From sequence record MW584180.1: a DNA stretch of 64,000 nt; one strand, 5' to 3'. Positions 59,015 through 64,000 of this stretch are shown piece after piece. Position 1 is the stretch's first letter, and the number at the start of each line of letters is the position of its first letter. The position numbers and the translations under genes are program-made. The DNA is from Mycobacterium phage prophiGD15-1. Under the pieces are notes generated by a model that saw only the letters and a list, made by a program, of their open reading frames with translations, was not told the origin of the DNA and ran no database searches.

Positions 59015-59095
59015 ATGGCACAAGGCACCGTGGAGTGGTTCAACGCCGAAAGGGATTCGGGTTCATCACTCCCTGACAGTGGCAGTCAGCTTTGA
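59015..59095 (+). pseudogene. remnant of cold-shock protein gene (CspA N-terminus MAQGTVEWFNAE then 1-bp deletion)
   Basis: atggcacaaggcaccgtggagtggttcaacgccgaa matches the conserved csp 5' end; frame breaks in the A-run. Confidence 0.5.
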
Positions 59096-59415
59096 CGAAC
59101 AAGCCGGTGATCGTGGCCCGCAGGCTGTTTTCAGTGCAAACTGTCTAAATCGTCGGCACGAATCGAGCTGGCTGTTCCAGTGGCAGCCAGCTCGATCGCG
59201 GAGCATCGTTAATACCGTTGCCCGATCGCGACCCTTTGGGCGCGGCCCCGCCGCGCGAATCCCATCATGAAATTGGCACAGTTGGCGAACTTTGTTGTGG
59301 TCAAACGCATATGCCAGCTGGTCCCATCTGAGCTTGGCGGCACCTATCGATAGTCGTCGCGTCCGGGACTAACTAAGAATCTGGCATTGAGTAACCGTCA
59401 CGAGGGTTGAATCCC

Positions 59416-59862
59416 TCAAGCAGCCAAGATTATTCGTAGGGCCGCAGTCACCTGGTCCTGACTGGAGGAATCAAGTAGGGGCATCTGTGCAGTCAGACGC
59501 ATGATCCTTCGAGCGAGGAGCTTGTTGGTGCGTGCCGGCACCATGAGCATGCGGACCGTTCGATACTCGCCCCGGAGCGTGACCACCCAATGGAACGGCC
59601 GATTTGCGAGGTACTGAGGCATCGCAACCGACCTCATGCAGGAACGCGACGAGCCCGGCTTCCAGTTCAGTGAGACCTGACTGACAGTGCCAATGTGCTC
59701 GAATAGCTCGTCGATCAGGGGCGACAACTCCCGGGCAATCAGTCCGTCGTCCTGGGGCCACCAAGCCCCGTCCATTCTGCCGGTCCTGCTCGGCCCTAAC
59801 GTGAAGCGAACCGGTGAACCAGCATATTCAGCCTGCATCATACGTACTTCCCTGTCGCTCAA
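59416..59862 (-). CDS. DUF5994-like protein, paralogue C (DGAWWPQD motif)
   Basis: same family pattern, minus strand. Confidence 0.5.
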   Translation of the reverse strand: MSDREVRMMQAEYAGSPVRFTLGPSRTGRMDGAWWPQDDGLIARELSPLIDELFEHIGTVSQVSLNWKPGSSRSCMRSVAMPQYLANRPFHWVVTLRGEYRTVRMLMVPARTNKLLARRIMRLTAQMPLLDSSSQDQVTAALRIILAA

Positions 59863-59968
59863 CGGGACTCAGACAACGGACCTCAAACGCACCGCACCGC
59901 GATAGGATCGCTAACGGCACGGTTGGTGAATGGTTGACACTTTCAACAGATTCAAATCACAGCGCGGG

Positions 59969-60160
59969 TCATCGGATCTTCTCCGGAACCGAGTCCAGCG
60001 CGTGCAACACCTGGACTGCAGCGATCTGGGCAACATCGTTGTCAAGCGTTGACGATGCCATCAGCGCCTGGACCACCAATTCAACGCGCTTCTCGTAGGG
60101 AGTCTGGAACGTGATCGTAGAGTCCATGACCTTTGTCCTGTTCAGTCGGAACGGTTTCAA
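59969..60160 (-). CDS. hypothetical 63-aa protein between paralogues C and D
   Basis: ORF co-oriented with C and D. Confidence 0.3.
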   Translation of the reverse strand: MKPFRLNRTKVMDSTITFQTPYEKRVELVVQALMASSTLDNDVAQIAAVQVLHALDSVPEKIR

Positions 60161-60196
60161 GTACCGCGATGGTGCGGTTGTTGTGACTGCCGCGCA

Positions 60197-60736
60197 TTAT
60201 CGGCGCCTGGTGCTCACAGAGCGATTGGTTCGATGTTCAGCGCCTAACGTCCCACCTTCGGTGTCCCATCGGTCTTGCGCCTCAAACATGTCGGTACAGA
60301 CGGGCATGTCGTGAGCTGGTAGCAGCTGAGCGACAGTTGCGCAGCTGCCCGGTGCTGCCGCAGCCATCATGGCGCTGTGAGCACCACTTGCCTGGGCATC
60401 GGGGGCGATTACCAAGAGGTTCAGATGGATCCCATGAGCACCTTGGATACTGATTGTGTTAGCTGGCTGAATGAGTGACCAGTTCAAATGTGCGAGGCGA
60501 TCCCGAAACAGCATGCGCCGCGAGCTCGATGTCCACTCTGACACTCGGTAAACCACGCGGTCAATGGTGCCCAAGCGAACAGTAAGTACCCGGAGCAGCG
60601 ATGGCAGCTCGATCATCAAGTCTTTCGAGTAAGGCCACCAGGCGCCGTCGACATATCCACTAGGTGACGCTTTTGGCTTTAACCGAAGACGCACGGCAGG
60701 CCCGCATCGTGGTTTTGAAAACAGCTGACGCGTCAT
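60197..60736 (-). CDS. DUF5994-like protein, paralogue D (DGAWWPYS motif)
   Basis: closest paralogue of A (VRLRLKP...DGAWWP.SKDL...LP.LL..L...LG.IDR..YR..EW.SSSRR.LF..RL.HL.WSL.QPA.TISI.G..G.HL.LLVI.P). Confidence 0.55.
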   Translation of the reverse strand: MTRQLFSKPRCGPAVRLRLKPKASPSGYVDGAWWPYSKDLMIELPSLLRVLTVRLGTIDRVVYRVSEWTSSSRRMLFRDRLAHLNWSLIQPANTISIQGAHGIHLNLLVIAPDAQASGAHSAMMAAAAPGSCATVAQLLPAHDMPVCTDMFEAQDRWDTEGGTLGAEHRTNRSVSTRRR

Positions 60737-61371
60737 CGGACGCTCCTTGCTTTGGCTCCGCGCACGGGGCCGAATCGTCGGCACGGTCACACCCATGGAT
60801 GAGCGGGCACCAAATATCTCGCCGTACCCTCACCCTACCCCCATTCCTCTGGAAGGAGCACATAAGCAGCGGACTAGTTTCGGGCAGCACTTGCGGATTG
60901 CACCTTGTGCCGCTGACAATTTACGGTCAGGGCCCCGCTGACCCGGTCGGGTGCGTCTCGGCTGGCCTGTATGGGCTGCGATGCGTGGACGGTTGCTTGT
61001 TTTCCACCGACGACAGCCCAGGACACAACGATTAGTTCAAAATCGAGTACGCAAGATTATTCGTACACGAATGGCAAACGGACAACAGATCAAGTCAAGC
61101 TGCCTTAGATCAAACTGATCAAGGAACCAAGCGCCAATATCTTCAATCGATCTGCGGTACCGCAGGTCAAGTACCGACAGCACCTGCCTTGGCCGTAGCC
61201 TTGGCAGGAAACTGACTGGTTCAACGTCAATCCGAGGTCACCGCTGGTTTCAAACACCCGACACAAGACCCTCGCCTCAGGTGCGCTCCACCGCAACACC
61301 ACCGGATTGCGCGGAACCGTTCTGGCATCAAGCCAGTGACGTTGGCGACGCGAGCCCGCTCGAGTGGACTT

Positions 61372-61491
61372 GTGACAGATCAAATGAGAACCACTGGGCC
61401 ATCAACGGTGAAATGAGTTCTCGCTTAATCTGTCGCAACCCTGTTCAGTAGCGGCTTTTGTCGAATAATCTGCGACAGATCATTTGAGAAC
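61372..61491 (+). repeat. three 20-bp subterminal repeats at the distal transposon end (61372-61391 inverted, 61417-61436 direct, 61472-61491 inverted), spaced ~45-55 bp
   Basis: seen in sequence: reverse complements match GTTCTCATTTGATCTGTCAC and GTTCTCAAATGATCTGTCGC. Confidence 0.7.
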
Positions 61492-61496
61492 GGACA

Positions 61497-62057
61497 TCGG
61501 TTGACCGTAACCGAAAAAGCGGCCGAAACTGTTACTGCCTCGAATGTACGCGTAGGACCAACCGGGCGTCGTATAGCCGGAACTTCGAGGGTGGGAAAGC
61601 CCGGAAGGCGGCAGCCTACAAGCGTGACCGTGAGAAGTTTTTGGCGCGAAACAGGCGCTGGCGGGCTGATAATTACGAACGCGAGCTGGAAACGAACCGT
61701 AAGTACTACCACGATAACAAGGCTCAAGTTCGGGCCTGGCACAAGCGCTACTACGAAGCTAATAAGGATGCAGCTTTCGCGGCAAGTCAGCGGCGGCGAG
61801 CTCGCATGCGGTCCGCTGCTACCGCCCCGTTCTCCATGGACGATCTGCGGATGAAGTGGCGCTACTGGGGTAATAGGTGCTGGATCTGCGGCGGGAATCC
61901 CACTGCGACTGATCACGTCAAGCCACTGAGCAAAGGCGGTGCCCATATGCTGTGCAACCTCAGGCCGATCTGCAAACCTTGCAACTCGGCAAAGCATGAC
62001 AAGTGGCCGTATCAGCGTCCGATACCCGCTGATACTTCCGAAGATGTCGCGAGCTAG
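61497..62057 (+). pseudogene. 3' portion of the disrupted HNH endonuclease gene
   Basis: ...RWRYWGNRCWICGGNPTATDHVKPLSKGGAHMLCNLRPICKPCNSAKHD is the HNH motif; in frame with 52625-52706. Confidence 0.7.
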
Positions 62058-62059
62058 CT

Positions 62060-62284
62060 ATGAGTGAACACCCTGACGAACTCATACAGAAGTACGTCGA
62101 AGCAATGGATCAAGAACCGGGCTGGCGGGTATCAGATTTCGTGCTCATGGTCGGGTTCGAGAGAGTCCAAGCGGACGGCACCATAGAGCACACTTACGGC
62201 GTGCATGAAGGTGAGAACCAATCGCCCTGGGCTACACACGGTTTAGTCGCCAACGGTATAGAACACCTAGAACGAACTGAGTGA
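62060..62284 (+). CDS. hypothetical protein
   Basis: 74-aa ORF after HNH gene. Confidence 0.35.
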   Translation: MSEHPDELIQKYVEAMDQEPGWRVSDFVLMVGFERVQADGTIEHTYGVHEGENQSPWATHGLVANGIEHLERTE

Positions 62285-62605
62285 CTACGGCTGGCTGTTC
62301 CAATGGGCTAGGTCTTCATCGTCGATCAGTGTGACGACTATCTGGGCGATCCGCTCATCACTCTCGTCAGTGCCGTAGTCCACGATCCACGCCCAGATGT
62401 CGTAGCCGCCGTCGCCGAATCCTGCCGAAAACTGCACCCCGGACCCGTACTTACTGAATAGGTTGTGACCACTACCGATTCCTGGATACTTGGCTGGGGC
62501 AAAAGCGGGGTCGGTGATCGCGGCCATGGCCGAGTCGACCGAGACGCCGCCGATGCGTTCCCATCGACCGTTGCGGCCTGGGGCTGGTGTTGGTGGTTCA
62601 CCCAT
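62285..62605 (-). CDS. hypothetical protein (minus strand)
   Basis: 106-aa ORF, convergent with upstream + genes. Confidence 0.35.
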   Translation of the reverse strand: MGEPPTPAPGRNGRWERIGGVSVDSAMAAITDPAFAPAKYPGIGSGHNLFSKYGSGVQFSAGFGDGGYDIWAWIVDYGTDESDERIAQIVVTLIDDEDLAHWNSQP

Positions 62606-62659
62606 CCCTCAATTTTACGCCGTTGCAGTCGAAGTCGCGGTGTCTAGGCCCCGCGCGAG

Positions 62660-62702
62660 GAGAGCGCGCAGGGAACTAGCTCACCGTACCGCGCTCTTTT
62701 TT
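62660..62702 (+). terminator. candidate bidirectional terminator / boundary hairpin (GAGAGCGCG ... CGCGCTCT + TTTTTT)
   Basis: seen in sequence; long loop lowers confidence. Confidence 0.35.
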
Positions 62703-62785
62703 AGATGTATCTGGTGTTGCGTCGAAAAATAGCCCGCTGCCTGCATGTTTCTTTTTTATCCACAACCTAATCGGGGAGGGTTCCC

Positions 62786-63028
62786 ATGGCCTTACATCCA
62801 TCTGATTGGGCGTGGATCACTATGGCTGCTGGGATCGTCGCCTACGAGATAGCTTGCCCACCCGGGGAACTGCTATCGGACGCCACTGCACGGTACGGGC
62901 AGTCCCACATGTTCCTCAGCTCCGCCGTGATCGGGGTAGTGGCCGTTCATCTGCTGCGCACCACCGGACTGCTGCGGTTCATCCCCGAACAGCTCGACCT
63001 AATCCATTTGTTGGCTTCACTGAAATGA
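62786..63028 (+). CDS. small membrane protein
   Basis: 2 TM helices; GGGGAGG RBS. Confidence 0.4.
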   Translation: MALHPSDWAWITMAAGIVAYEIACPPGELLSDATARYGQSHMFLSSAVIGVVAVHLLRTTGLLRFIPEQLDLIHLLASLK

Positions 63029-63090
63029 GAGGACACCGCTATGTGCAGAGTTGAGACCTGGAAGTGTGAGCCGACAGTGGAGACTTCGCG

Positions 63091-63438
63091 GTGAACATGG
63101 CCGACTGGCAGCTGCCGCCACTTGCTCAAGACGGCTGGGGCCTAGCGACCTGGGTAGTAATAGCATTCGTCGTCATGTGTTTCCTCGGCATCCTGTGGAC
63201 GCTGCAACACTTCGACCTCAAAGCCATCCGGCACCAAACAGAGAACTCCCACGACACCAACCTGCGTGACGACATCGACGAGATACGCGAGATGGTCCGC
63301 GACGGAATGGCCGACATCCGCAGCGATATCTCCGGTATCCGAAAAGACATCGGAGGACTGCGCGGAGAGCTGCGCACCGAACGCGAAGAACGCATCGAAT
63401 CCGACGCCCGCATATGGCGGGGACCCTGGAAGGCTTAG
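63091..63438 (+). CDS. membrane protein with coiled-coil tail
   Basis: N-terminal TM helix WGLATWVVIAFVVMCFLGILW; heptad-like DI..I repeats. Confidence 0.4.
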   Translation: MNMADWQLPPLAQDGWGLATWVVIAFVVMCFLGILWTLQHFDLKAIRHQTENSHDTNLRDDIDEIREMVRDGMADIRSDISGIRKDIGGLRGELRTEREERIESDARIWRGPWKA

Positions 63439-63476
63439 ACCCCGCCGTTAGCGCTTACCGCCAATAGAATTGGGGT

Positions 63477-63731
63477 ATGACAGCGGGGCAATGGTTTGGA
63501 ACCGTTCTTATGATCGTGTTCGGAGTGTGGTTCGTTGGATTCAATATCCTCCTTTGGGTAGGCGACCGCATAGATAAACGGAACCGCGCCGAACTGGCAG
63601 ACATCAGTCGGGACTTCGACGCGCTAGGCCCAAATCCGAGCCTTGAGGAGATGCAGCCAGCGCTAGATCGTCTCGCCGCCTACCGAATCAGGTTTGAGAA
63701 CTGGCGCTCGCCCACCAGTAATCCGACCTGA
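63477..63731 (+). CDS. small membrane protein
   Basis: 2 TM helices at N-terminus. Confidence 0.4.
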   Translation: MTAGQWFGTVLMIVFGVWFVGFNILLWVGDRIDKRNRAELADISRDFDALGPNPSLEEMQPALDRLAAYRIRFENWRSPTSNPT

Positions 63732-63750
63732 GCCCCCTCGCTTCACAGCC

Positions 63751-63801
63751 GCCCCCGGCTCCCGTGCTTCCCCCCAGCATGGTTGAGCCGGGGGCTTTTT
63801 T
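63751..63801 (+). terminator. strong rho-independent terminator (GCCCCCGGCTC ... GAGCCGGGGGC + TTTTTT)
   Basis: perfect 11-bp stem then T6. Confidence 0.7.
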
Positions 63802-63958
63802 GCGTTGTGGACCTGCGGCGATGCTTCCCAGCAACGGGGTGCGGTGGCCCGTAAGGGCTCTCGGTATGCTCTCTAGGCTCGGAGCGAAAACCGTTAGGCT
63901 ACAGTCTAGGCTACAGTTGGCTTAGGATTTAGTCAGGAAATACGCCCTGAGCAGCGAT

Positions 63959-64000
63959 GGGGCGGTAGCTCAGTTGGTTAGAGCCGTGGACTCATAATCC
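63959..64000 (+). tRNA. tRNA-Met (CAT anticodon), 5' part only (runs off window end)
   Basis: GGGGCGG-TA-GCTC-AGTTGGTTA-GAGC-C-GTGGA-CTCATAA: acceptor, D-arm and anticodon stem-loop with CAT readable. Confidence 0.7.

Larger units (their letters stand above)
52707..61496 (+). mobile_element. Tn7-like transposon (tnsA-tnsB-tnsC/tniB-tniQ + cargo), 8,790 bp, with 5-bp TSD TCGGT
   Basis: ends TGTCAGTTCTCAA ... TTGAGAACGGACA (imperfect terminal IR, TGT/ACA termini); identical flanks TCGGT at 52702-52706 and 61497-61501; subterminal 20-bp repeats. Confidence 0.8.

Noticed and set aside
59015-59095. Cold-shock protein gene as a functional cargo gene
   Set aside because: Only about 36 nt match the csp consensus before a 1-bp deletion and loss of similarity. 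It is treated as a remnant.
62285-62605. Minus-strand ORF as part of the transposon or an integrase fragment
   Set aside because: It lies outside the TSD-defined element and has no integrase motifs. Left as hypothetical.

Overview
High-GC (~64%) actinobacterial DNA. Almost the whole window is one temperate siphovirus genome, either a prophage or a phage, most likely from a Mycobacterium-type host. The host call rests on two DUF732-like secreted proteins, a LysB mycolylarabinogalactan esterase, WhiB regulators and GTG/TTG starts. Genes run almost entirely on the + strand.

Layout:
(i) 1-19 kb: an early/regulatory region of many small, translationally coupled genes. It includes an Xis-like HTH protein, XRE HTH proteins, an ERF-type annealing protein, an HNH endonuclease, a PAPS-reductase-like protein, a replisome-organiser-like protein, two tandem WhiB genes, a DUF4326 protein, a cluster of Cys-rich zinc-ribbon miniproteins, a HigB/HigA-like toxin-antitoxin moron, and a cassette of small genes each preceded by the same stop-to-start intergenic motif.
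(ii) 19.4-24.3 kb: a glycosylation cluster, made up of a GT2-TylF-type O-methyltransferase fusion plus 2-3 further glycosyltransferases.
(iii) 24.7-48.2 kb: packaging and virion genes. These are an HNH, TerS, TerL, portal, scaffold, major capsid, connectors, major tail, G/GT chaperones with a -1 frameshift, a 1337-aa tape measure, and at least 8 minor tail proteins (one with a beta-lactamase/DD-peptidase domain, one collagen-like, one with LTGGTP repeats).
(iv) 48.4-51.2 kb: a lysis cassette of LysA, a holin-like protein and LysB.
(v) a metallophosphoesterase gene, then a second HNH endonuclease gene.

The second HNH gene is split by an 8,790-bp Tn7-like transposon (52707-61496). The transposon has a perfect 5-bp target-site duplication (TCGGT), arrays of 20-bp subterminal repeats at both ends, and tnsA-tnsB-tnsC(tniB)-tniQ genes. 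Its cargo is four paralogous small proteins sharing a DGAWWP(R/Q/Y)S motif (DUF5994-like), a cold-shock-protein gene remnant and a small ORF. To my knowledge a Tn7-like element carrying this cargo inside a mycobacteriophage-type genome has not been described.

The window ends with three small membrane-protein genes, a strong intrinsic terminator and the 5' part of a tRNA-Met(CAT) gene. No integrase gene lies in the window; it is presumably upstream of position 1.
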